Shown here: positions 51,435-62,893 of the stretch, piece after piece | How positions within the stretch are numbered: position 1 is the first letter of the stretch | How the letters are laid out: every line of letters begins with the position of its first letter | DNA from: Sminthopsis crassicaudata | Lineage: Eukaryota | DNA: 64,000 nucleotides | NCBI RefSeq assembly: GCF_048593235.1 | Contig: NC_133619.1 | Coordinates: 637,710,558 to 637,774,557 of the forward strand | Direction: 5' to 3' | Program-made: the position numbers and the translations under genes | The notes under the pieces: model-generated | Database searches by the model: none | Told to the model about the DNA's origin: nothing | What the model saw: the letters and a program-made list of their open reading frames with translations, nothing else

Positions 51435-53459
51435 AGAAAAAGAAGACAGAGCTATTAGAAATAATTCAGAATTTTAGCAAAGTGGCAGGATACAAAATAA
51501 ATCCACATAAATCCTCAGCATTCTTATATATCACCAACAAAATGCAACAGCAAGAGATACAAAGAGAAATTCCATTCCAAACAAATGTTGAGAGTATAAA
51601 GTATTTGGGAATCCATCTACCAAAGAATAGTCAGGAATTAGATGAGAAAAATTACAAAACACTTGCCACAAAAATAAAGTCAGATTTAAATAATTGGAAA
51701 GACATTCAGTGCTCTTGGATAGGCCGAGCAAATATAATAAAGATGACAATACTCCCCAAACTAATCTACTTATTTAGTGCTATACCAATCAGACTCCCAA
51801 GAAACTATTTTAATGACCTAGAAAAAATAACAACAAAATTCATATGGAAGAATAAAAGGTCGAGAATTGCAAGGGAACTAATGAAAAAAAAAGTCAGAGG
51901 AAGGTGGTCTAAGTGTACCTGATCTAAAGCTATATTATATAGCAGCAGTCACCAAAACCATTTGGTACTGGCTAAGAAATAGAACGGTAGATCAGTGGAA
52001 CAGATTAGATACAAAGGACAAAAAAGGGTACATCTATAGCAATCTAATCTTTGACAAACCCAAAGATACCAACATTAGGGACAAAAATTCATTATTCGGA
52101 AGAAACTGTAGGGAAAACTGGAAATTAGTATGGCAGAAATTAGATATGGACTCACACTTAACACCATATACCAAGATAAGATCAAAATGGGTCCATGATT
52201 TAGGCATAAAGAATGAGATCATAAATAGATTAGAGGAACAGAGAATAGTCTACCTCTCAGACCTGTGGAGGAGGAAGGAATTTATGACCAGAGGAGAATT
52301 AGAAATCATTATTGATCACAAAATAGAAAATTTTGATTACATCAAACTAAAAAGTTTCTGTACAAACAATACTAATGCAAACAAGATTAGAAGGGAAGTA
52401 ACAAATTGGGAAAATATTTTTAAAAGTAAAGGTTCTGACAAAGGTCTCATTTCCAAAATATATAGAGAACTGACCCTGATTTATAGGAAACCAAACCATT
52501 CCCCAATTGATAAATGGTCAAGGGATATGAACAGACAATTCTCAGATGATGAAATTGAAACTATTTCCACTCATATGAAAGAGTGTTCCAAATCACTACT
52601 GATCAGAGAAATGCAAATTAAGACAACTCTGAGATACCACTACACACCTGTCAGATTGGTTAAAATGACAGGAACAAATAATGATGAATGTTGGAGGGAC
52701 TGTGGGAAAACTGGGACACTGATACATTGTTGGTGGAGTTGTGAAAGAATCCAGCCATTCTGGAGAGCAATTTGGAACTATGCCCAAAAAGTTGTCAAAC
52801 GGTGCATATCCTTTGACCCAGCATTGCTGTTATTGGGATTATATCCCAAAGAAATACTAAAGAGTGGAAAGGGACCTGTATGTGCCAAAATGTTTGTGGC
52901 AGCTCTTTTTGTAGTGGCTAGAAACTGGAAGTTGAATGGATGTCCATCAATTGGAGAACGGTTGGGTAAATGATGGTATATGAAGGTTATGGAATATTAT
53001 TGCTCTGTAAGAAATGACCAGCAGGAGGAATACAGAGAGGCTTGGAGAGACTTAAATCAACTGTTGCTGAGTGAAATGAGCAGAACCAGAAGATCATTAT
53101 ACACTTCAACAATGATACTGTACGAGGATGTATGCTGATGGAAGTGGAAATCTTCAACATAGAGAAGATCCAACTCACTTCCAGTTGATCAATGATGGAC
53201 AGAAACAACTACACCCAGAGAAGGAACACTGGGAAGTGAATGTAAATTGTTAGCACTACTGTCTATCTACCCAGGTTACTTATACCTTCGGAAGCTAATA
53301 ATTAATGTGCAACAAGAAAATGGTATTTACACACATATATTGTATCTAGGTTATATTGTAACACATGTAAAATGTATGGGATTACCTGCTATCGGGGGGA
53401 GGGAGTGGAGGGAGGGAGGGGATAATTTGGAAAAATGAAAAAAAAAAAAAAAAAAAAAA
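51435..53459 (+). mobile_element. 5'-truncated L1 (ORF2 C-terminal part, 3'UTR, polyA), frameshifted and with a premature stop
   Basis: ORFs 51482-51922 (AGYKINPHKS..KYLGIHL..WKDIQCSWIGRANIIKM) and 52146-52973 (HLTPYTKIRSKW..C-terminal CWRDCG..GTLIHCWW); polyA at 53437-53459. Confidence 0.97.
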
Positions 53460-54099
53460 GACAGTCCATGGAATTTGTGCATTTTGCCTCCCTTGCAAAA
53501 CAAAGACCCTATGGTATTTACACACTAATTTGGTTCTTCCTCTTCCCCAATCAAATCAATGGAAGATGGAGTATAAAGTAAACGAAGGGGCAGAAAACAG
53601 GGTAATGAGCAAAATGATTATTAAATAACAAATTATTGCAGAGATTTCTGACCTTACCCAAAATATGGGCTACCTATCCTGTCTAGGTGCATTTGTTTCC
53701 TTATCCAAATAGGAAAACCTTTCAAAGAGATTCTAGTCCCAAGAAATCCAATCTTCTGTGCCAAAATTGAGTAGAGGCAGACCCCCTTTTGTCAAGATTG
53801 CCCTAGGCAGGGGTAGTTTGGATAAGAGTAAAGTCCTTTTGTCTGAGTGATCCAAAAAAAAAAAAAAAAAAAAATTGGAGGAGCTGGGACTTGAGGCCAA
53901 TTGGGGAAAGGAGGCAGCTAAGGATCAGAAGTCTCTATCCCTGGGCAATCAAAAGGAAGCTGAGCATCCATGTAGAGTGACACCCCGCATCGCCACATCC
54001 CTCGGATTCATGGCTAAAGGATGCCCCACATGACCTGCTTTTCCCAAGAAATGGATGGGGGCAGAGGGACTTGAGGGAGAGTGAAGACAGACACCAGTT

Positions 54100-54101
54100 T
54101 A

Positions 54102-54133
<32 letters not shown>

Positions 54134-54166
54134 ACAAAAACAAAAACAAAAACAAAAAACAAAAAA
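54100..54166. repeat. (AAAAC/AAAAAC)n simple repeat
   Basis: Direct reading. Confidence 0.9.
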
Positions 54167-54451
54167 CAACCAGCCCCAAACAAATAACCTGATCCATGGG
54201 AAACAATTTTATAGTCTCATAGAAGTATTGGTTGGCTCCCTTTCTGGCCTCCCAGGGTGTTCCCCCATTCCCTCATTAAAGTAAGCCCACCTCTCATTAT
54301 AATATTAATTCATCTCATTAATTATTAACCTATCAGCTATTGCCATCCTTAAGAACAACTACTTTCCAAGCATTGACCAGAAATGCCACTGACCTGAATG
54401 TCAAAGACCCCTTTTAAATAATTAGCTGCTATATGTAAGTATGTGTGTGGG

Positions 54452-54488
<37 letters not shown>

Positions 54489-55299
54489 ATATCTGCTTAA
54501 CAGTAGCCTACTTGAGGGAGATGGGGAAGAATGAAAGGGGGAAAAAAGAATAATGTAAAAAGTGCACAGCAGAAAATAAAAGTATAACCTATAGGGAAGC
54601 AAATATGAACCCTCATGAAAATAATATTTTCTAGTGTTATATCTGTTTTCTCAAAGTGGAAATTCAATATTATATATTTTGAATCTCTCTGATGCTCTAC
54701 TAGACACATCAATTTTTTTGTTTTGGTTTTTACTTTCTTTTTCAGTCCTTTTTCTATTCTGTTTTTTTCTTATTTTGTATTCAGATCAATAAAAAAGGAT
54801 CTGCTAGCAATAATCAAATTATCAATTACCCAGAAGCTATGTCTCTTGAACTTTTTAATGTCATAGTTAGAAGGTAATAAGACATCAATAGAGTAAAAGT
54901 GTCTGTATCCTTTGATCTTTTTAGGAAGTGAAGTTTCTCTGATTGAACTGGAAGCCATTAAGCAGTCTGCCTCTAAACAAATGGGCAAGTAAGCCAAAAC
55001 AAAATTGACCAAAAGAAAATCTATTCTGCTTAGGTTCTGAATTTAGATTAAAGGATTATGAAGTATTAAAAACATTAAAATATTAAATCATTGGTCTTCA
55101 CAGAGCTCAAAGTCCCCCAACCCTTCATCTAGACTTTAGTTTTATCAGGTGAAACAACTTCTTTTCTCTCAATTCATAAGACTATGGCCACATAACAAAA
55201 AAATGTAGGAAAAAGGGTTCAGTGTGCTTGCTTGGAATATTTTAACCCCAAACCTATCCCTAAACTTTCTTTTCCTTGCCTTATTGCCATTTTTAAAAT

Positions 55300-57380
55300 T
55301 ATACCTTTTCATTGACAAAACATATGCATGGGTAATTTTCCAACACTGACCTTTGCAAAAGCTTCTGTTCCAACTTTTCCCCTCATTCCCTCCACTCCCT
55401 CCTCTAGATGGCAGGTAGTCCCATACATGTTAAATATGTTAAAGTATATGTTAAATACTATATGTATACATATTTATATAGTTGTTTTACTACACAAGAA
55501 AAATCAGATTTAGAAAGAGGGTAAAAATGACCTGGGAAGAAAAACAAAAATGCAAGCAAACAATAATAGAAAGAATATAAATGCTATGTTGTGGTCCACA
55601 CTCATTTCCCAGTGTTCTTTCGCTGGGTGTAGCTCATTCTGTTCATTACTGATCAATTGGAACTGATTTGGATTCTCTCATTGTTGAAGAGAGCCACTTC
55701 TAACAGAATTGATCCTCATATAGTATTGTTGTTGGAGTGTATAATGATCTCTTGGTTCTGCTCATTTCACTCAGCATCAGTTCATGTAAGTCTCTCCAGA
55801 CTTCTCTTTATTCATCCTGCTGGTCATTTCTTACAGAACAATAATATTCCATAACATTCATATACCATAATTCACCCAGCCATTCTGCAACTGTCTGGCA
55901 TCCATTCATTTTCCAGTTTCTGGCCACTACAAAGACGGCTTCCACAAACATGTTTGCACATACAGGTACCTTTCCCTTCTTTAGTATTATTTCCTTGGGA
56001 TATAAGCCCAGTAATAACACTGCCACAAATAATGGTTCCCTAGTGACATAATGATTGGTTTATACTCCATATACTATAAATGATCTAATTATAATAGAGC
56101 ATATAAGCTGGGATAAATTTAGCCAGGGATAGACTCCGAAAAGACAGAGGACTGGAGGCTGGACCTCAAGCCCTCGGAGCCCAGGAGAGAGATTCACTCT
56201 ATCTCACATCACTGGGATGGCTGACCTCCTGCATTTCCTCCACTGAGACCAAGCTAGCCCTGGCCCTAGGCAAGGAGATAATAAAGAATACATGGCTATT
56301 CTTGTGGTGATTAATCTGCTGAAATGAAGGCTGCTCCAAGACCTCCAGAAAACCAACCAGAACATTACAGGTATGCACAGTTTGACAACTTTTTGAGCAT
56401 AGTTCCAAATTGCTCTCCAGAATGGTTGGATCCATTCACAACTCCATCAACAATGCATCAGTATCCCAGTTTCCCCACATCCCCTCCAATATTTGTCACT
56501 ATCTTTTCCTGTCACCTTAGCCAATCTGAGAGGTATGTAGTGGTACCACTACATATGGTATCTCAGAGTTTTCTTAATATGCATTCCTCTGAACAATAAT
56601 GATTTGGAACACCTTTTCATATGGGTAGAAATAGTTTCAATTTCATCATCTGAAAATTGTTCATATCTTTTGATTTCTCAATTTTATTTATCAATTGGAG
56701 AATGGCTTGATCTCTTATAAATTTGAGTCAATTCTCTATGTTTTGGAAATGAGGCCTTTATCAGAACCTTTAATTGTAAAGATGTTTTCCCAGTTTACTG
56801 CTTCCTTTCTAATCTTGTCTGCATTAGTTTTATTTGTAAAAAAAGCTTTTTAACTTGACATAATCAAAATTTTCTACTTTTGATCAATAAAGATCTCTAG
56901 TTCTTCTTTGGTCACAAATTCCTTCTTCCTCCACAGGTCTGAGAGATAAACTATCCTATGTTCTTTTAATTTATTTGTAATCTCATTCTTTATGCCTAGA
57001 TCATGAACCCATTTTGATCTTATCTTGGTGTGTGGTGTTAAGTGTAGGTCAACGCCTAGTTTCTGCCATACTAATTTCCAATTTTCCCAGCAGTTTTTGT
57101 CAAATAGTACATTATTATCCCAAAAGTTGGGGTCTTTGGGTTTGCCAAACACTAGATTGCTGTAGTTATTAACTATTTTGTCCTGTGAACCTAACCTATT
57201 CTACTGATCAACTAGTTTATTTCTTAGCCAATACCAAATGGTTTTGGTAAACACCGCTTTATAATATAGTTTTAGATCAAGTATATCTAGGCCACCATCA
57301 TTTGATTTTTTTTCATTAATTCCCTTGAAATTGTTGACTTTTTGTTCTTCTAGATGAATTTTGTTGTTATTTTTTTCTAG
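55300..57380 (-). mobile_element. 5'-truncated L1, interrupted by an LTR-like insert (~56025-56369)
   Basis: Minus ORF 56874-57152 (FGKPKDPNFW..LTPHTKIRSKWVHDLGIKNE) and 3'UTR to ~55300. L1 text stops at 'aataacactgcc' and resumes at 'ggtatgcacagtttgac'. Confidence 0.92.
56025..56369 (+). mobile_element. Solo-LTR-like insertion inside L1
   Basis: Non-L1 block with TATA-like 'catataagc', AATAAA at ~56280 and a terminal ..ACA, splitting otherwise collinear L1 sequence. Confidence 0.55.
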
Positions 57381-58331
57381 GTTATTGCCATTTTTTTTCA
57401 GTTGTCAGAGGGACAATTTCAAAATATGTATACTCTGACCCTGCAGGTCATGGAAAAGACCAAGTGTGTATTTATGGGAAATAGTGGGGAGGGGAGTTGT
57501 ATGTCTGAGACCCCACCTCAGGGACAGAACTATTATCAGTGGAAGATGTGGAAAGAGAGGGTGGTAGATGGATGTTCCTATCTCCTTCCAGACCAAAGGA
57601 ATTTTCAAAAGCTGAACCTTCTATCCACTACTCTACCATTATCATGGGTCTTGATTGTTCAAACTGCTGTAGTTGTCCAATCTGGTGGTCCCAGCTCTCC
57701 CAGGACAGTCCTAATTACAGAAAGTCCCTACTGCCTGCCCCATTCCCCACATCTTCAAAGAGTATCAGGAAATATCTCTTGAGATCAAAGGGGAACACAA
57801 GGGAGAAAATGTATTTTAGGCAAAACAACAGTCTCCCTTCCTTTCTCTAATGTTAAACTTGCCTTCTTGTCATGGAGCTCTAATTCAACAAGATATTATC
57901 CCACAGCACTGTAATGATGTTTCCCCACACTCATGGACATGTTATTGGTGACCAATGCATATCTCTGTTTTCCATACTCAAATAATAAAACCCAAAGGCA
58001 CTGTGTGGGGCACAGGTTAAATCTTTTCGCTATCAAGGTTAATAGAGATACTATGTCTGGCCTCTAACAGCATAGTCCCAGATGTGCTAAGAAAGGAAAT
58101 TGCAACAGCACAGAAGAAAACAGAGATGTGGACTAGAGGCAACCCAATCATGAAGATGTTGAGAGGATGTTCCCAGGCTATGTGAAACCAAGGGAGGGGA
58201 GATTTTAAAGTGTTAGAAAACCTCTCAGAATATATCATTACAAGTAAAGCAACCAAAAGAAGATATCAATCATTACCAACTCACAGAAGGTTTCCTTTCC
58301 TATTTATTTAAATATTTTATGAGAATATTCT

Positions 58332-58334
58332 ACA

Positions 58335-58380
<46 letters not shown>
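58332..58380. repeat. (CA)n microsatellite
   Basis: Direct reading. Confidence 0.95.
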
Positions 58381-58385
<5 letters not shown>

Positions 58386-58757
58386 GGGCATTCTTATTGA
58401 GAGCAGTAGAAGGGAACAAAGGGAAGGCAATCAGAAAGTCTTGACCATATCTTTCATAGTCTACAATAGAGTGAGGTATGTAGGAAATACAGATCCTAAT
58501 TATTACTTAGTAAAATTTTACATGTAAATATATATGGATATATACATATGGATAGAAAAAAAAATATTTCATTTGGGATAGCAAAATATTCTTGAAGGCT
58601 CTCTAGAGAGACAAGATGTTTCCCATTCATTCATCAAGAGGAAGCAAGAATCCTTATTCAATGACTCTCTGATCTTTAACATCAAGTAATGGGGGAGATC
58701 CAGCTTAGATTTGCAACAAACTGTGTACTTTGGAAACTTCTACTTGGGAATTATATT

Positions 58758-59630
58758 TGTTAAGGACCATGGATAAGTGTGAAGTAAATTCTCCAAAAGC
58801 CCCTGCTATGAATCATAACACCCCTGAAGGAATTGCAAATCAGCTTTTACTGACACAGATGTTAATTGTGGATTGGGAATTTAAAAAATTGGAGGCAAGA
58901 GAGGAGAGGGGTTACAGAAGGCAACTGCCTCTCTGTCTCCTGGTATTGTTATCATGTTCTCACATGAAAGGATCTATTCTACTGGTTAGAACTAGATCCC
59001 TAGCAGCCACTAACAAGAAGCTCCTGTAGGAAATGGCACCCAATATGGGGTACAAGAAGCAGCAGCAGCAGTAGTACTCTAAAGCTGTTCCTGAGTAGGA
59101 TCCTCTCAGGAAGGTTCCTTTGGTAACTTGCTCAGAAGGAAAGACAGAAGAGACCTAGTAAGACTTTTTCAGTTGGAGTAATTAAAATGGACCAATACAT
59201 CAAAGAGCAAAGCTGGGAGACTGGATGTCTTAGGATCAGCAGGAGTCAGGATAAGCAAAAGTCTCTGCCTCCTTCCCCTCACACCACAGCCAAAAGAATG
59301 AATTTCCTCCTCCTACTCCACCCACTGATCTCACTTCCCCTTCTTTGTCCACACCCACCCATCCAGCCAGCCCAGAATAATTAAGTAGGGTCATCCTCCA
59401 AACAAGTTAATAGAGAATTGTCCAATTGGTGATTAGCCTCAAGTGCTAGATTATCTTGCATCTGAGTTAAATATATCTCCTCAGTTCTAGCCCTTTACAG
59501 TGAGGGACTTATGAAAATCCCTGCTCTAAATACAATCCTACTTCTCCATTTGTCAGAGAGTTTATCTCCATGACATCTCACAAAATTCAACACCTGCTGT
59601 AGCATCTCACCTTGTAACCATTCAGAGGAA
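58758..59630 (+). mobile_element. ERV2 (betaretrovirus-like) 5' fragment: LTR, degenerate Lys PBS, leader, gag start
   Basis: LTR ~58758-59031; PBS tggcacccaatatgggg at 59034-59050; collinear with the reverse copy at 59970-60606; interrupted at 59226-59499. Confidence 0.65.
59226..59499. mobile_element. Solo LTR (TG..CA) inserted into the ERV2 gag start; second copy at ~61195-61511
   Basis: tgtcttagg..ccctttaca ends; flanks rejoin collinearly with the uninterrupted reverse copy; the related copy shares 'tactccacccact..cttctttgtccacacccac..gttaatagagaattgtccaattgg'. Confidence 0.65.
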
Positions 59631-59969
59631 TAGTTATGATTCACACTGTGAATCATAACACACTTGAAAGAATTCCAAAACAGCCTTTACTGATGCAGAT
59701 GTTGCTTCTGAGAGGATGACAAGCAACAACTTTTTCAGTAAAGGCTGATTTGCAACTTCTTCAGGGCTGTGATGATTCACAGCTGTGGGGGCTTTCAGAG
59801 AAATGACTGGCCCCTTCACACTTAGACATGGTCCTCAATAATTACTCATTTTTTGTTTTATGGGAACAGGATTATTTTTCCCACAACAGCATGATCAATA
59901 AGTTTGTGCAGCAGCTATTATCTGAGTCCATATGCTAAGGAAGCAAACAGGATTGTCAGAGTCTATTCT

Positions 59970-60606
59970 GTCCTATTCATCTGGATGGTTGCAGGATGAG
60001 ACACAATAGCAGGTATTGAATCTTGTAAGATGTCATGGAGGCAAACTTTCTGACAAATGGAGAAGTAGAACTGTAGTCAGAACAGGCATTTTTTGTAAGT
60101 CTCTCATCAATCTCCTGGCTCAACACTTTGTTGTGTTGGCCCATTTTAATTACCCCAACTGAAAAAGTCTTACCAGGTCTCTTCTCCCTTTCCTTCCCCA
60201 CAGGCTATAGCATGAAGTCTCCTGGGAGGATCCTACTCCTGAAAAGCTCTCAAGCACTGCTGCTGCTGATTCTTCTTTGTTTCTTATGCTTCTTGTGCCC
60301 CACTTTGGGCGCCATTTGCTACTGAAGCTTCCTGTTAGTAGCTGCTGGGGATCTACTTCTGACCAGCAGAATAGATCCTTTCATGTGAATGGATGATAAC
60401 AATATAAGGAGACTAAAAGGCAATTGCATTCTCTAACTTGCCTCCTCTTCCCTCTTGCCTCCAATTTATTTCATGTCCAATCCACAAGCAACATCTGAAT
60501 TAGTAAAGGCTGCTTTGCAATTCCTTCAGGTGTTTTATGATTCACAGCTGTGGGGGCTTTCCAGAGAACTGACCTGCTCCTTCAAACATAGGCATCATTC
60601 TTAACA
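59970..60606 (-). mobile_element. ERV2 5' fragment, inverted: LTR, tRNA-Lys1,2 PBS, MGQ gag start
   Basis: Minus strand TGTTAAG..AGCA LTR (60606-60317); PBS TGGCGCCCAAAGTGGGGC at 60314-60297 (17/18 to the Lys1,2 PBS TGGCGCCCAACGTGGGGC); ATG GGC CAA at 60144 (myristoylation-type MGQ). Confidence 0.7.
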
Positions 60607-61089
60607 ATTCCCCATTTTCTGTTTTGTTTTTATTGCTTCAAGTAACAGGTTATTTCAGCCTTCCAGATAAATTTCATAGTCTCTTCAAAGATGAAGAATG
60701 ATGATATGGTGTGATGTGTATTTGGACATACAATGTATAAAACTTGTCCTCCAATATATATATTTTGTACATACATTGCAAATGGACAAAGAGCTGGGTC
60801 CATAATTGTAAAGGAAAAAGAAAGCAGAAACAATTGATTTGGGAAATTGCAGTATTATTTTATTTTAATAACTTTAAGCTTCTCCCAGAAACAAAAGCTC
60901 CCAAGAACAATAACCTTTATATGTTTATAAAAAGTGCAAAACACTTTATGTACATTGATTTGATTCTCCCAAAAATTTTGTTTAGAAAGTTTTATAAGTA
61001 TTATTAGCTCTGTTTTATACAAATTGACAAATTAAATAATTTGCTCTAGTTCACATAAATTCACAGAGGGGAAGATACTTGGCTAAAGA

Positions 61090-61560
61090 GTCATTGGGTA
61101 GAAGAAGCAGTTCAATGGCAGTCATCCTGAAGTCAGGATGACCTGAGTTCAGATCCAGCCTCAGACACTTAACACTTCCTACATGTTGGGACCCTGGATC
61201 TCTTAAAATCAGCTGGAGTCAGGATAATTAAAAGTCTTGGTCTTTTGCTGTCGAGGTCAGGAGATTAGATCTAGCAATCTCCACACGTCCTTCCTCTCTC
61301 TCCACCTCCAGGAGAATGAATCGATCTCCTCCCCCTACTCCACCCACTCATGTCACTTTCCCTTCTTTGTCCACACCCACTGATACAGCCAGCACAGAAA
61401 ATAGTTGGGGAGGGTCATCCTTCAAACATGTTAATAGAGAATTGTCCAATTGGCAATTAGTCTCAAGTGCTCCATTATCCAAGTGCATTTGCTCAGTCCT
61501 AGTCTTTTACACCTACCTGTGTGGGCAAGTCATTTAACCTCAATTGCCTCTGTAAAAAGA
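61090..61560 (+). mobile_element. Marsupial SINE split by a solo-LTR copy
   Basis: SINE 5' part (..gtcaggatgacctgagttcagatccagcctcagacacttaacacttcct..) and 3' part (..gggcaagtcatttaacctcaattgcctc) flank the 61195-61511 insert. Confidence 0.6.
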
Positions 61561-61649
61561 GAAAAGTAAATTAAGAATCTTGGGTAGACCAGAGGAAAGA
61601 TTTTAGGTTCCTGATTTTCCAGATGATGAAAAGCTCTTTCATACACTAA

Positions 61650-62590
61650 TGGAAAGACTAAGAAATGGGAAAAGAAAAGGGAAAGAGGAGAAAAGAAAAG
61701 AGCTGAAGAGGGACAAGAAATTATGGGAGAAAGAAAAGGAGAGAGAAGATATAGGATAGAGAAAGAAAAAGAATGTTGACAGGGGGCAAACAGAAAGAGA
61801 AATGGAGAACAAGGAAAAGATGGAAGGTGTGGGAAGAGGCAAAAGTCTGACTGGAGGGAGAAGGGGAGAGGATGAAGGGAAGAGATGTAGGAGGAGAGAG
61901 GGGAAAGGGCAGCATATAATGGGGAAAAGAGAATAGGATGAAAGGGGGAAAGAATTATGAGGATGGAAGGAGAGGAAGCGGAGGAAAGAGCAATTGCAAG
62001 ATAGGATGGAGGGAGCAAATATGGAGGAGGATTGGGGAAATGATAGGTAGGGAGATGGGAAAAGTTGGGAGAGGGAGAAAGAGGAAGAGGGAAAAGAGTT
62101 AGGGGGAGAAGAAAGAGAGGGAAGGGATCAGAAGAAGAAGAGGCGGAACCAGAGAGAAAGATGAGGAGAGAGAAACAGAGACAAAGGGGGAAGAACAGAG
62201 AGAACAGGGGATAGAAAGAGATAAGAGAAGACAGGAATGGAGGGGGAGGAGGACAGAAAAATGATGGGTCGGTCCAAAAAGGAAGTATAATATAGAGATG
62301 GAGGAAGAGATGAGAATAGGCCGGGAGGGAGGGGAAGAGAAAGGTGCTGGGGAAGGGAAAAGAGACAGGGAAAATTGATCTAAATAGAGAAGGTAAGGGA
62401 AAGATTTGGAGAAAATTTGGTAGGGTAAGAAAGGGGAGAAAGAAGAAGCTGAGAGTAAAAGATTGGAGGGGAGACGGAGGAAAAAGGGAGAGATGCGCTG
62501 GAGAAGGAGAGCCGGCATAAAGAGATCCAAGGGAGAAAGAAGGGAAGGAAAAGGGGGCGTGTTGGAAGGAAAGGGGGAGATGTGCCGGGA
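61650..62590. repeat. ~940-bp polypurine (GA-rich) low-complexity tract
   Basis: Plus strand is overwhelmingly A/G; this is the source of the spurious F/L/S/P-rich minus ORFs. Confidence 0.9.
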
Positions 62591-62604
62591 AGAGGCCGCG
62601 AGGA

Positions 62605-62840
62605 GGGAAGTTGCGCACCCGGGGCGAGCTCAGGAGCTGCTGCTTTTGTGGAACCACTGGCTACAAGAGCCGCTTGCTGTCAACCTCCCTTAGGCTGAAC
62701 CTTGCTCTTTCAGTTTCCCTTTCCTGGTACCCCCCTTCTTACCTGAAGACACCTGGCCCCGCCCCTTCCGCAGCGGGATTTTTGGAATCTGTTTCCACTT
62801 TTCATACATCAGAGGATTATCCGGCTCTGCCGCTTAAAAG
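62605..62840 (+). promoter_or_regulatory. IFN-lambda proximal promoter: ISRE/IRF sites, kB-like site, TATA-like box
   Basis: GGGAAGTTGC 62605-62614; CTTTCAGTTTCCCTTTCC 62707-62724 (ISRE AGTTTCNNTTTC, three GAAA half-sites); GTTTCCACTTTT 62791-62802; TTAAAA 62834-62839. Confidence 0.7.
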
Positions 62841-62893
62841 TGCAGGGATGAAGCGGTCTCCTGCATCACTTGTCACCTCACTTCTCCAAGGCC

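Noticed and set aside
51482-52973. L1 ORF2 pieces as an active or domesticated reverse transcriptase
   Set aside because: 5'-truncated, frameshifted near 51890 and with a premature stop at 52973; an ordinary dead copy.
54785-54995. Two exon-like segments with AG/GT boundaries
   Set aside because: The putative intron is only 51 nt and the joined frame stops at once.
61530-62657. 375-aa minus ORF (F/L/S/P-rich)
   Set aside because: Artefact of the polypyrimidine strand, which has few stop codons.
62848-62850. Upstream out-of-frame ATG before the IFN-lambda start (ORF 62611-63087)
   Set aside because: Only ~9 nt after the TATA-like box, so probably upstream of the TSS; its frame lacks a signal peptide and IFN motifs.
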